DNA of 64,000 nucleotides from Bacilli bacterium (lineage in GTDB: Bacteria > Bacillota_I > Bacilli_A > RFN20 > CAG-826). The position numbers and the translations under genes are program-made. Shown piece by piece: positions 36,735-46,185 of the stretch. The DNA lies in contig JAXFZD010000006.1 of NCBI GenBank assembly GCA_034185265.1, forward strand, positions 6,638 through 70,637, given 5' to 3'. The notes beneath the pieces were generated by a model. That model was not told the DNA's origin, searched no databases, and saw only the letters and a program-made list of their open reading frames with translations. Numbering within the stretch: the stretch's first letter is position 1; every line of letters starts with the position of its first letter.

Positions 36735-39395
36735 TTATTCAGAGAATACGTCATCAACTTGAGCAATTAAGTAGATATCCTTATATGCGGTTGTTGTATT
36801 TCCTTTAAGCGTATATGAATATTGAAGCGTGAACATGAAGCAGAAGTAGTTACTTCCGAGTAAGTTTTTCTTCATTGATTCATAATTTGTAGAGAAGACG
36901 ATTTCACCGTTTTCTGCGATGAATTCATAATCTTTAGAATCCATGTAGTATCCTGATGTTAAGGAAGCAGTTTCTCCAAAGAGATATGCAGGTCTATTAT
37001 CACCAGAAGTGACACACTTGAATTCGAAGATAGATTCACCGTAGTCATCAGTAACATCAGCATAGTCACCAACTAAAACAACGTTCTTTCCTCTAACTTC
37101 ATATCTGAGGTTGTCAGCGATGTCTCTTAATTCACCAGCTTCAACAATACTCATGGAGTTTGCTGCAGACCATAAGGCATCATAAGACCAATATGCATCA
37201 TCATATTCTAAAGGATCATCATAGTTGACTTTTGCAGTGATTTCACCCCAGTTAAGGCAGAATCCTTGAGATTTGTCGTTTGTACAGACAGTATTCATGA
37301 ACTCGAGTGGGTTCAAGGAATTACCGACGATCGAACCTTCGGCAAAGTCGTAGTCACCACCATCCATCTTTGTGTAGCAGTCGGTATATTGAGTACCAGC
37401 AACAGAAAGAATTAAGTTAAGAGTAATGTTGTGGCTCTTAGCAAATGAAGCATTGTTGAATGCATATTCAACGCATTGTTTGAAATCTTTACCAACGTTA
37501 TCGATGGTATCTTGATATCTATACCAGCATTGTAAGGCGATTTCTTGTCCGTCTTCTAAATCATCATTTCTATATAAAGCTTCAACTGCTCTATTGAAAT
37601 AAGTTTGAGCAACAGAAACGTTATAACATTCATCGTTTCCTGCGATTGTTGCATATCTACCAACAACTGCTTTACCTTCTTCAGTATCTCTATATGCTTG
37701 TTTTCCATCTGGATCCATCATATAGGCATTACCTAAATATCCGATAGCTGGGTTTCTACCAGCATCATCAGCTAATGTTTTTCTATCAACAGCATAGAAT
37801 ACACCATCTAAGAAATCAGAATTAGACATGATTGGTTTGACATCCCAGTAGTCATTTTTGGAGTGACGGTAGGCTGTCATTGTTCCATTTTCACCAAAGT
37901 AGTATTCCCATTGTTCTTCTGTACAAGAGTTGATGTTCATCTTAAGGATGGAAGAACCTAATGTTCTATAAACGTTTGGATCATTTTTGTGTTCTTTTAA
38001 GAATGAAGCTGGAATTGTAACTTCATCTAATTTATTTAATAAGAAATCATTATAAGCTCTCTTATCTCCATCAGTTCCTTCATAGACGTCTTCAGTGACA
38101 CCTGCGAAGTGGATGTTTTCTTTATCCCAATATCTTTCGTTTGCTTTATAGGCTAAACGTTTTCCTTGTTGCCAATACTCAGGAACATAAGCACCAACAG
38201 AAATGAAGTTATCAAGATTGTATTCACCTGTACCGATGACACCAAACTTCTTAGCTCCACCAATATCGCTGATAAATTCAGCTGGAACTGGTGAGTATAA
38301 ACCTGAAGAAAGGTTAACCATAGCATAGGATCTTGTTTTTGGAGTAATGAATGTGAAATCCATTGCACCTAATTCTTCGTTTACTTGAATACCAACTTTA
38401 GACCAAGCTTCGTCGCTTGTACTTCCTTGATATACATAAGAAGTAACGCCTTCAAATCCGCTTGAATCAGTTCCAAGTTCACTCCATCTAGCAAGTCTAT
38501 TATCTAATAAAGCTCTAAATGGGGTTAAGTAGTCTTTAATGTCGACATCAACGCCGTCATATTTTGTAGACCATTTGGAAATTTCAGGAACAGAATATTT
38601 AAGTCCGTCAGCACCTGTTTTGAGATAGACTCTCCAATATTTTGAAGCGGTTCCTTGTTCATAAGGAACTTCATTTCCTTCTGCATCAAGACAAATTGGA
38701 GCATCAGTTTTTGATAAACCAGCAACCCATTGATAGTCTTTCTTATCAGAAGTCATTTCAACTTCAAAGTATCCTGAAGTGATCATTCCGTTTCTTCCAG
38801 AGACGTCAGAACCAACGTTATCCCAGAAGTTGAATGAGCCAGAATCAGTTGTTGTGTAATCATGGAAATAGCTAGCAAATCTAGTATCTGCTTCGTCAAT
38901 TGTTCCATCATACATTATTCCGCTTGGATCTAATGTAGCTTCTCCAACACCAAAACCATAGTTAGTAATATAGGTTGTTGTTGGAAGAGTGATTCTGTCT
39001 GAGAATTGTTGATATGAAGCGTCGTCATATAGAGGAATACCAGCTAAGTGATGTTTCATTGCATAAGATTCAAGAGCAGCAAGAATCTTAATTCTCTCTT
39101 CGTTTGATGCTGTTGTGTAATCATAAATACCATCAGCTAAATAATCAGAAATGTCCTCGTGTTCGGATGAGCTCTCTTCTTCTTCAGACTCAGAAACTGC
39201 AGGGACAGATTCACTAGTTCTAGCTTCTGATGTTGCTTCAGAAGTAGCAGATGTACCTTCAGAAGTTGCACTAGAACTTTGAGTTGATTGTTCGGAAGAT
39301 TGGGCAGGTTGTCCGCCACCACTAGATCCACCACAGGAACTTAAAACCATCATGGAAGCCATTCCGAGTAATATGGCTACTTTCTTTTTGACCAT
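36735..39395 (-). CDS. oppA: large substrate-binding lipoprotein, probable OppA of the opp operon
   Basis: 886 aa. Signal peptide plus lipobox VLSSC, then a Ser/Glu/Thr-rich linker. Sits immediately upstream of oppBCDF. Size is typical of Mollicutes OppA. No independent motif confirmation. Confidence 0.55.
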   Translation of the reverse strand: MVKKKVAILLGMASMMVLSSCGGSSGGGQPAQSSEQSTQSSSATSEGTSATSEATSEARTSESVPAVSESEEEESSSEHEDISDYLADGIYDYTTASNEERIKILAALESYAMKHHLAGIPLYDDASYQQFSDRITLPTTTYITNYGFGVGEATLDPSGIMYDGTIDEADTRFASYFHDYTTTDSGSFNFWDNVGSDVSGRNGMITSGYFEVEMTSDKKDYQWVAGLSKTDAPICLDAEGNEVPYEQGTASKYWRVYLKTGADGLKYSVPEISKWSTKYDGVDVDIKDYLTPFRALLDNRLARWSELGTDSSGFEGVTSYVYQGSTSDEAWSKVGIQVNEELGAMDFTFITPKTRSYAMVNLSSGLYSPVPAEFISDIGGAKKFGVIGTGEYNLDNFISVGAYVPEYWQQGKRLAYKANERYWDKENIHFAGVTEDVYEGTDGDKRAYNDFLLNKLDEVTIPASFLKEHKNDPNVYRTLGSSILKMNINSCTEEQWEYYFGENGTMTAYRHSKNDYWDVKPIMSNSDFLDGVFYAVDRKTLADDAGRNPAIGYLGNAYMMDPDGKQAYRDTEEGKAVVGRYATIAGNDECYNVSVAQTYFNRAVEALYRNDDLEDGQEIALQCWYRYQDTIDNVGKDFKQCVEYAFNNASFAKSHNITLNLILSVAGTQYTDCYTKMDGGDYDFAEGSIVGNSLNPLEFMNTVCTNDKSQGFCLNWGEITAKVNYDDPLEYDDAYWSYDALWSAANSMSIVEAGELRDIADNLRYEVRGKNVVLVGDYADVTDDYGESIFEFKCVTSGDNRPAYLFGETASLTSGYYMDSKDYEFIAENGEIVFSTNYESMKKNLLGSNYFCFMFTLQYSYTLKGNTTTAYKDIYLIAQVDDVFSE

Positions 39396-39518
39396 GTTGT
39401 TTTTCTCCTTTCAAAAAAATATCGCATTTATAATGCCGATATATAAAATCATATTTTCAAAAAATTGCAATATTTATTTATAAAATAAATCAAAAGAAGT
39501 GGCTTAAATTTTTATTTT

Positions 39519-39905
39519 TTAAATAAATTCAAAGATTATTGCTACAATAAGAAAAGTAGATCCTACAACAAGGTATGGATAGAAAAATAAGGGGTTTTTG
39601 AGGCGTTTTTCAGTAACTTTGCACTTATAATCATATGCATCGGCATATTTTTTCTTAGTCATATCTTTTCTAAATAAATTACCAAAAATAGTGAATGTGT
39701 AATTTAATCCATCAAATATACCCGTTCTAAATAAAGCAAGGAAACCTATGCCAGCAAGTTGGAATGCGGCTGTAGCAAAGCAAGCATCACAAATTAGAGT
39801 TTTTGGTGGAACCTTTACTAAAAAGAAGATAAGTAAAAAAGAAGTGGTCGCAAGAGCGATTGACACAATTGAATTGATAATTAACTTCTTTACAAAAGGA
39901 TTCAT
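39519..39905 (-). CDS. small membrane protein (4 TM), unknown function
   Basis: 128 aa hydrophobic ORF in the divergent region between oppA and metalloprotease C. Confidence 0.4.
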   Translation of the reverse strand: MNPFVKKLIINSIVSIALATTSFLLIFFLVKVPPKTLICDACFATAAFQLAGIGFLALFRTGIFDGLNYTFTIFGNLFRKDMTKKKYADAYDYKCKVTEKRLKNPLFFYPYLVVGSTFLIVAIIFEFI

Positions 39906-40068
39906 GCAAGTAGTATAAAACCTTCTACTTTTTTATTCTACTTTTATTGGTTATTTTCGTCGAATATTGAGATACGGGTCGCCTCTTTTTTAAAAAAGGC
40001 CTTCTTTTTCTCTATATTATTAGTTTAGACAGAAAATAAGAAATGTCATAATAAAGTTTTACTTTATA

Positions 40069-40096
40069 TTGACATCTTTTCTATGTTCACTATACT
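40069..40096 (+). promoter_or_regulatory. sigma-70-type promoter for metalloprotease paralogue C
   Basis: TTGACA (40069-40074), 16-nt spacer, TATACT (40091-40096). AAAAGGAGAA RBS 6-8 nt before the ATG at 40122. Confidence 0.45.
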
Positions 40097-40121
40097 ACCG
40101 AGGAAAAAAGGAGAATGACTT

Positions 40122-42341
40122 ATGAAAAACAAGAAATTAATATTCGGAATGTCTATCTCAGGTTTTCTAGCTATTGTTTCCCTTGTTGCTTGTGGAGGAA
40201 ATAGCGCACCAAGTACAACTTCTGCCGCTACATCTTCTGAAGGAACTTCTCAAGGTACAAGTGAAGCAACAAGTGAAGGAACCTCTGAAATTTCTAGTGA
40301 AGAAAGTTCTGAAGTCTCATCTGAAGCTGAAAGTTCATCTTCTTCTCAAGAAACTTCTAGCAGCAAGCCATCTAGATATCTTGAATTAGACTTAAAATAC
40401 GACACACTCCCATTTGGTTCCACTACTTATGATGGAGCCAAGCCAATCGTTACTTGGCATGATGGCGATGATGTTCAAGATGCATCTTCTTGGACTCAAA
40501 GAATTCGTTATAGAGTTACAAATAACGAAACTGGTGATGTTTATTCTGAAAACGATGTCCTTCCTGTTGGAGAATACACAGTTAGAGCATCCTATGATTC
40601 TAAAAATAGACACGACACAGCTACATTAAAAATCGTTGAAGGTACTCCAGAAGTAGCAAGTGAAGGAAAAGGTTATCATTCTTTATCTGTAGATGATCTT
40701 TCTTCTTATGCGTTATGGAAACACGCCAACATGGGTGCTTTAGGTGATGGAAAATTCCCAGCAAAAGATATTGATGGAAAACATCCAAAGATGATTGTTA
40801 TTCCGGTCCAATTTACAGATGTAACATTTGATGAATATCGTTCACACGATGGAAAATTAGTTGGCGGAGACTTCGCTAGAGCAGTTATCGATGAAGCTTT
40901 CTTTGCTCCAGAAGGAGAAACTCCATGGCTTTCTTTAAAAGCTTATTATGAAAAATCCTCCTATGGACAACTTCATATTGAAGGAGAAACTTCTCCTGTC
41001 ATAACTTATCCAAAAACATGTGCACAATTTGATGCTGATGTTAAAAAAGGAACCGACAGCGTTGCAAATATCATTTCTTATGCAATGAGCCAATTAGAAA
41101 AAACCTATGGCTATTCTAGAAAAGATTACGATTTAAACGGAGACGGATATGTCGATGGAATTAATGTAATCTATGCAACAAATCAACCAACTCCATCTAG
41201 TGTTGGAGATGATTCTTCTACTTGGTGGAACTTCACTTCTGTAGTTAGTGGAAGCGCAAACCTTGCAAATCCAACTCCTCATAGATATTTCTGGTCTAGA
41301 TATGACTATGTAATGAATTCCTATTATTCTAATTATGAAAAAGAAGATGGCTCTTATAAAGGATTAAGAGATGCTAATCTTGCAGCAGTTGATGCTCATA
41401 CAATTATCCACGAAAATGGACACTTAATGGGATTAAACGATTATTATTCATATGATCATAATGAAGGACCTGCAGGATGTGTCGATATGATGGACCAAAA
41501 CGTTGGTGATCATAACGCGTATTCTAAGATGCTTTATAACTGGGTTGCTCCAAAAGTTATTGATGGAACAAGTGAAAACTTCTACATTGATTTACCTTCA
41601 TTTACTGATACAGGAGAATTCATCTTACTTAAAAAGACCGATGAAAACGGCTCTTTATGGTGCGAACATCCTTATGATGAATATTTGATTCTTGAATATT
41701 ACACTCCAACCGGAGTTAACTATGAAGACTCTGACGGATATCCAGAATGGAGTTCTGTTAGCACCGAAACCGGTAGCAATCCTTATGGACACGGCGGAAC
41801 TTATGAAGATCCAGGTTTAAAAGTCTTCCACGTTGACGCTAGAATCGCTTCTACTTTCTATAAAGGAAGTAGACCATCCTCTGGCGCAATGAAATACACC
41901 ACCAACTTAGTTGATGCTGAAACTACTTTAGAAGATGGAACAAAGCAAACTGCTGCTATCTTCCCTCATGACAACACTCCATCAAGATCTTCTTATGGAC
42001 AAGCTGAAACTTATGCTGGTGTCAGCCATAAAGCTGGTGAAAGTAACTGTCCTTATAGAGAATTTAGTGCTGTCTTTGCTTCTGGTGCAAACTCCTTAAA
42101 GAGTTCTAGCTATGCTAACATTATGGGCCAAACAAAAAATTTATTCGGCGACCCAACATTTACAAATGCTAAGGGCGAAGATAACATCTATGGTGGCAAT
42201 GTCTACACCAACTTCAAGATGAAAGACTTCTTCCCAAAGACCATGCAATTTGATGACGATTCCCAACTCAACTGGACATTCTCCGTTGATTCTCAAACTG
42301 AATCTTCCATTAGATTACACTTCATCAAGAACGCTGATTAA
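40122..42341 (+). CDS. zinc-metalloprotease lipoprotein (HExxH; InhA/M6-like), paralogue C
   Basis: 739 aa. Lipobox LVACGGNS and a T/S/E-rich linker. HENGHLMGLNDYYSY. Conserved IVIPVQFTD and YSK..WV blocks shared with paralogues A and B. Confidence 0.7.
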   Translation: MKNKKLIFGMSISGFLAIVSLVACGGNSAPSTTSAATSSEGTSQGTSEATSEGTSEISSEESSEVSSEAESSSSSQETSSSKPSRYLELDLKYDTLPFGSTTYDGAKPIVTWHDGDDVQDASSWTQRIRYRVTNNETGDVYSENDVLPVGEYTVRASYDSKNRHDTATLKIVEGTPEVASEGKGYHSLSVDDLSSYALWKHANMGALGDGKFPAKDIDGKHPKMIVIPVQFTDVTFDEYRSHDGKLVGGDFARAVIDEAFFAPEGETPWLSLKAYYEKSSYGQLHIEGETSPVITYPKTCAQFDADVKKGTDSVANIISYAMSQLEKTYGYSRKDYDLNGDGYVDGINVIYATNQPTPSSVGDDSSTWWNFTSVVSGSANLANPTPHRYFWSRYDYVMNSYYSNYEKEDGSYKGLRDANLAAVDAHTIIHENGHLMGLNDYYSYDHNEGPAGCVDMMDQNVGDHNAYSKMLYNWVAPKVIDGTSENFYIDLPSFTDTGEFILLKKTDENGSLWCEHPYDEYLILEYYTPTGVNYEDSDGYPEWSSVSTETGSNPYGHGGTYEDPGLKVFHVDARIASTFYKGSRPSSGAMKYTTNLVDAETTLEDGTKQTAAIFPHDNTPSRSSYGQAETYAGVSHKAGESNCPYREFSAVFASGANSLKSSSYANIMGQTKNLFGDPTFTNAKGEDNIYGGNVYTNFKMKDFFPKTMQFDDDSQLNWTFSVDSQTESSIRLHFIKNAD

Positions 42342-42360
42342 ATATCAAATTCTACAAACT

Positions 42361-42388
42361 AAAGCGGCTTTTGCCGCTTTTTTTATTA
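42361..42388 (+). terminator. rho-independent terminator
   Basis: AAAGCGGC-tttt-GCCGCTTT hairpin followed by TTTTTATT, 20 nt after the stop of the plus-strand metalloprotease gene. Confidence 0.6.
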
Positions 42389-42591
42389 CTTAATCATATT
42401 TTGTACACATAAATTTAGGCTCTAACAGACCTCAAATTTAAGAAATTATATATCGTTAGATTATATCTTGTTCTTTACTTAAAAACGTTTAGGCGAGGTG
42501 TTATTTTTTAGAAAATCAAACCACACTAAAAACCTCATAATGTGATAAATAATGTTTCCTTTTTACAATCCAAAAAGATTACAAAAAAGAT

Positions 42592-42622
42592 ATACAAAAA
42601 AGCTTGGCACGCAGCCAAGCTT
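42592..42622 (-). terminator. rho-independent terminator for the minus-strand lipoprotein gene (after its ancestral stop at 42643)
   Basis: Minus-strand hairpin AAGCTTGGC-tgcgt-GCCAAGCTT followed by TTTTTTGTAT. Confidence 0.6.
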
Positions 42623-42801
42623 TAAGAACATTTAATTAATAATTAGCAAATGTCGATTTCGGAAAGATTAGTTTCTCCTTCAGAAGAATCACCACTTTCT
42701 TCTGGTTCTTCACTTTCAGAGATAATTAATCCAGTTTTTTGTTCAGATTCGGTTTCAGATTCTTCGGATTCACTTTCAGTTTCAGAAACGATTAAACCTG
42801 T

Positions 42802-45135
42802 TTAGTGTTCACTTTCGGATAAAACTTCTTCGCTTTCAGAAAGAACTTCTTCAGATTCAGAAATGATTGGTTCACCAGAAATAGTTTCAGAGATAACTTC
42901 TTCACTAGAGGAGGATTCGATGATTGGCTCTGGTTCTTCAAAGATAGAGTCTAAGATTTCACCAGCACGATCTTCACCAATATTAGAGAAGGTAACATCC
43001 ATTTCATAGAACATATCGCTGCTAAGAGAATATAACCAAGTCCAGGTTAATTCGCCTTTGGCTGGATCAAGAGTAATATACCAATTATCAAAGATGTAAT
43101 CATCTTGCCATGATCCAACTTGAGCAATATCGGAACCAAATGAGAATAAGTCACCAATTTGAGCAACTAATGTTGAGAAATAGTAACGACGTGAGGCATA
43201 GAAAGCATCAGCTTCTAATCCAGCATCATTAATTTCAAATGTAATAACGCCAGTTTCTTCATCAACTTTTTTATCTAAGATAGAAGCGATTTCATCGAAA
43301 TAGTGATAAGTATTACCTTCATCATCTTCAATTCCAATTAACATATGGGCAGTCATACCTAATGTTTCCCATGGATTTGTGGCAATACCTTCACCAGAAT
43401 GGATTTGTGGTTCTTCCCATTCAATCTTTTGTGTTTGTTCGTTATAGCTACCAACTGCGGAATTTAAAACTCCTTCGTGTTCAGCATAAGCAAGTAAATC
43501 GCCTGCTTTATAATCTGTAGCTGTCCAAGCATAACCTTCAGCTTCGTATGTATTATCGATAGAAACTAAGCCATCTTCAACGACGCTAGCTGCAGAAACA
43601 ACACCCATTTCGTTGACGAATGTAGTTGTTTGATAATTTCCTCTAACGGTAACTCCAGTAGAAGATTTCCAGCTACTTGGAGAAGCTTGAACTTCGCCTT
43701 TGGCGTTGAACCAGCAACCTTGAGAAGAAACTGTATAACATCTAGTTTCATCGATTGCATCGAAGAATGCATTGACTTCAGATCCATCGATTTGCTCTGG
43801 AACTTCGCCATCAATAAGCCATCGTTCAGCATCTTCAATGACGGCAGAACCGATATCTCTAAACCACATAGCGAAGCCTGTTTCTATATTATTAGAGGTA
43901 AGAGATCTAATAACGATAGCTTGTGCAGCTTCATCATAAGCAGCAACAATCTTGGCGGCTTTCATTCCAAGCAAGCCTGCACAATAATCAATTGTGTTTT
44001 CCCAGGTAGAAGTTTCTCCGAAGATTCCACCGAAGAAGTTATCCATGTTGGTTGTTCCATATTCATCAACTTCAACAGCGCTGACTTCGTAATATTCTAA
44101 GCCTGATTTATCTTTGTAAGCACTCTTTTCAAATTCAGTTACACCGCTAATTCCAGCAGATGTGAAGAAATCACGATAACCTCTTCTATATGCTGTATAT
44201 GTATAACCTTTAGCAATTTCAAAGTCGTATGGTTCGCTTAATTCAACAGTATTCTTATCGATTTGTTCTTCATCGATAGAATAAGTCATTCCATAAGCAA
44301 TTCCATCTCTTTCAAGGAAGCCTTCATAGTTACGTTTAATCACTTTTTCAGCTTTCTCTTCATAAGTTAAATATTTAGCTCTGTATTTTGGAGCAGCTAA
44401 ACCTTCACCAACGCTAACAAATTTACCGCTATAGTAGATTTGAGAATCGTAATAATATCTTTCAGATTCAACGATTTCTTCTAAAGCTCTGTTAAGCAAG
44501 ATTTTTCCTTGTCCAACAACTTTACCGTGGAATGCTTTTTTAGCTTTACCAGCAGTAATTAATAATGTAAAGTCTCCTTCTAAAAGACCTTCAACAGTTT
44601 GATCATAAACTTTGACGTTTTCTTCTCCAACTGTGATGCTAAGTTTGAAATTAGCTTTTGCTTGGTCGCTACTTCTAGTAGCAACTACTAAACCTGTGTC
44701 TCTAAGATTAACTGCGTGATCTTCTCCAGAAGCGAGTTCAAGATTATCTTTGATGACAATTGTAGCTTTTTCGTTATCTGCTAAATCAACATATTCGGAT
44801 TCTGGATCGCTTTCAGAAGCTCCTGTTGCACTTTCACTTTCAGATTCAACTGGTTCAGATTCATCTTCAGTCGATAATCCAGTTTCATGAGTTTCATGTT
44901 TGTCAGAAGATTCTTCGCTAACAGAAGATTCTTCGCTAACAGAAGATTCTTGGCTTTGTGAGCTTACTTCACTAGAGGCTTCAGATGTACCAGTCGATGC
45001 GCTTGATGCAGCTGGAGTTGATCCTCCTTGACAAGAAGCAAGAAGCAATGAAGCAGCAAATAAAGCTATAAATTTATTTCTTTTCATAAATTTCTCCTTT
45101 ACTACCCTAACATTTAGGCAAATGCAAGCATACAA
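42802..45135 (-). CDS. large surface lipoprotein, unknown function, C-terminally truncated by an in-frame TAA
   Basis: Likely start MKRNKFIALFAASLLLASC at about 45087. Acidic SE-rich segments at both ends. After the stop at 42802 the frame continues for another 52 codons to a TAA at 42643. That extension has the same ETGLI/SESEE repeat character (H*TGL versus N-terminal HETGL). Confidence 0.6.
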   Translation of the reverse strand: MYACICLNVRVVKEKFMKRNKFIALFAASLLLASCQGGSTPAASSASTGTSEASSEVSSQSQESSVSEESSVSEESSDKHETHETGLSTEDESEPVESESESATGASESDPESEYVDLADNEKATIVIKDNLELASGEDHAVNLRDTGLVVATRSSDQAKANFKLSITVGEENVKVYDQTVEGLLEGDFTLLITAGKAKKAFHGKVVGQGKILLNRALEEIVESERYYYDSQIYYSGKFVSVGEGLAAPKYRAKYLTYEEKAEKVIKRNYEGFLERDGIAYGMTYSIDEEQIDKNTVELSEPYDFEIAKGYTYTAYRRGYRDFFTSAGISGVTEFEKSAYKDKSGLEYYEVSAVEVDEYGTTNMDNFFGGIFGETSTWENTIDYCAGLLGMKAAKIVAAYDEAAQAIVIRSLTSNNIETGFAMWFRDIGSAVIEDAERWLIDGEVPEQIDGSEVNAFFDAIDETRCYTVSSQGCWFNAKGEVQASPSSWKSSTGVTVRGNYQTTTFVNEMGVVSAASVVEDGLVSIDNTYEAEGYAWTATDYKAGDLLAYAEHEGVLNSAVGSYNEQTQKIEWEEPQIHSGEGIATNPWETLGMTAHMLIGIEDDEGNTYHYFDEIASILDKKVDEETGVITFEINDAGLEADAFYASRRYYFSTLVAQIGDLFSFGSDIAQVGSWQDDYIFDNWYITLDPAKGELTWTWLYSLSSDMFYEMDVTFSNIGEDRAGEILDSIFEEPEPIIESSSSEEVISETISGEPIISESEEVLSESEEVLSESEH
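44904..44957. repeat. 18-bp tandem repeat (2.8 copies) inside the lipoprotein linker
   Basis: CAGAAGATTCTTCGCTAA appears twice, followed by a degenerate third copy. It encodes SVSEES repeats. Confidence 0.55.
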
Positions 45136-45302
45136 CGGAAAATAAAAGTTTCAAGTAAAATTTGCGAAATAAATCTATAAGATTTACCTTTTTGGTAGTT
45201 TTTACGTATTTTTCATTCATTTTCCACCCTTTAAATATAAAGATTTAAAAAGTTAAGAAAACAAGGCATAATATTAAATGGAAATCGAAAGGATATAACA
45301 AA

Positions 45303-46169
45303 ATGAAAGGTATTATTTTAGGAGCCGGTGCTGGAAGTAGACTTTATCCATCAACTAGATCAACTTCTAAACTTCTTCTTCCAATTTATGATAAGCCCAT
45401 GGTTTATTACCCAATGGCAACTTTAATGGAAGCTAACATTAGAGAAGTTATGTTAATTGTTTCTCCAAAAGATAAACAAAAATTCATAGAACTCTTTGGA
45501 GATGGAAGCCAACTTGGAATGAAAATTTCTTATGGAGTTCAAGAAGTTCCTACAGGTATAGTTTCTGCTTTCTTAATCGGAGAAGAATTTATTGGTGATG
45601 AACCATGTGCTTTAGTTCTTGGAGATAATATTTTCTACGGAAAAGATTTAGTCGAAAGTTCTCTTAGAGCAGTTAAAGAGGCTAAAGAAGGAAATGTAAC
45701 CTTGTTTGGCTATGAAGTTCCTGATCCAGAAAGATTCGGAGTTGTTGAATTTGATGACAATAAGAAAGTTCTTTCTTTAGTTGAAAAACCCGCAAATCCC
45801 CGTTCGAATTACGCTGTTACAGGTTTATACTTCTATCCTTCTGGAGTTTCTAAAGTATCGAAAAGAGTTACTCCAAGCGCAAGAGGAGAATATGAAATTA
45901 CTGATCTAAATAACCTATATTTAAAAGAAGCTAATGTCTCAGTTGAACTTTTAGATAAGAGCAATCTCTGGCTAGATACAGGTACATTTGAATCTCTTCT
46001 CGAAGCTTCAAACATCATTAAAGAAATTGAAGAGAAAACCCCTGTCGCTGCTTTAGAAATCATTGCTTATAGAAATGGTTGGATTAGCAAAGAGCAACTT
46101 ATAAAAGCTGGCGAAAGTATGTCTAAAAATTCTTACGGACAAATGCTTTTAAAAGAAGCTAACAAATAA
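45303..46169 (+). CDS. rfbA: glucose-1-phosphate thymidylyltransferase
   Basis: 288 aa. MKGIILGAGAGSRLYP, KPMVYYP, VEKPANPRSNYAVTGLYFY: canonical RmlA blocks. Confidence 0.85.
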   Translation: MKGIILGAGAGSRLYPSTRSTSKLLLPIYDKPMVYYPMATLMEANIREVMLIVSPKDKQKFIELFGDGSQLGMKISYGVQEVPTGIVSAFLIGEEFIGDEPCALVLGDNIFYGKDLVESSLRAVKEAKEGNVTLFGYEVPDPERFGVVEFDDNKKVLSLVEKPANPRSNYAVTGLYFYPSGVSKVSKRVTPSARGEYEITDLNNLYLKEANVSVELLDKSNLWLDTGTFESLLEASNIIKEIEEKTPVAALEIIAYRNGWISKEQLIKAGESMSKNSYGQMLLKEANK

Positions 46170-46185
46170 TTAATTATTAATATTA

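Noticed and set aside
45781-45800. CCCGCAAATCC inside rfbA, resembling the motif core
   Set aside because: It encodes the conserved RmlA peptide EKPANP. The similarity is limited to 9 nt and is explained by protein conservation.
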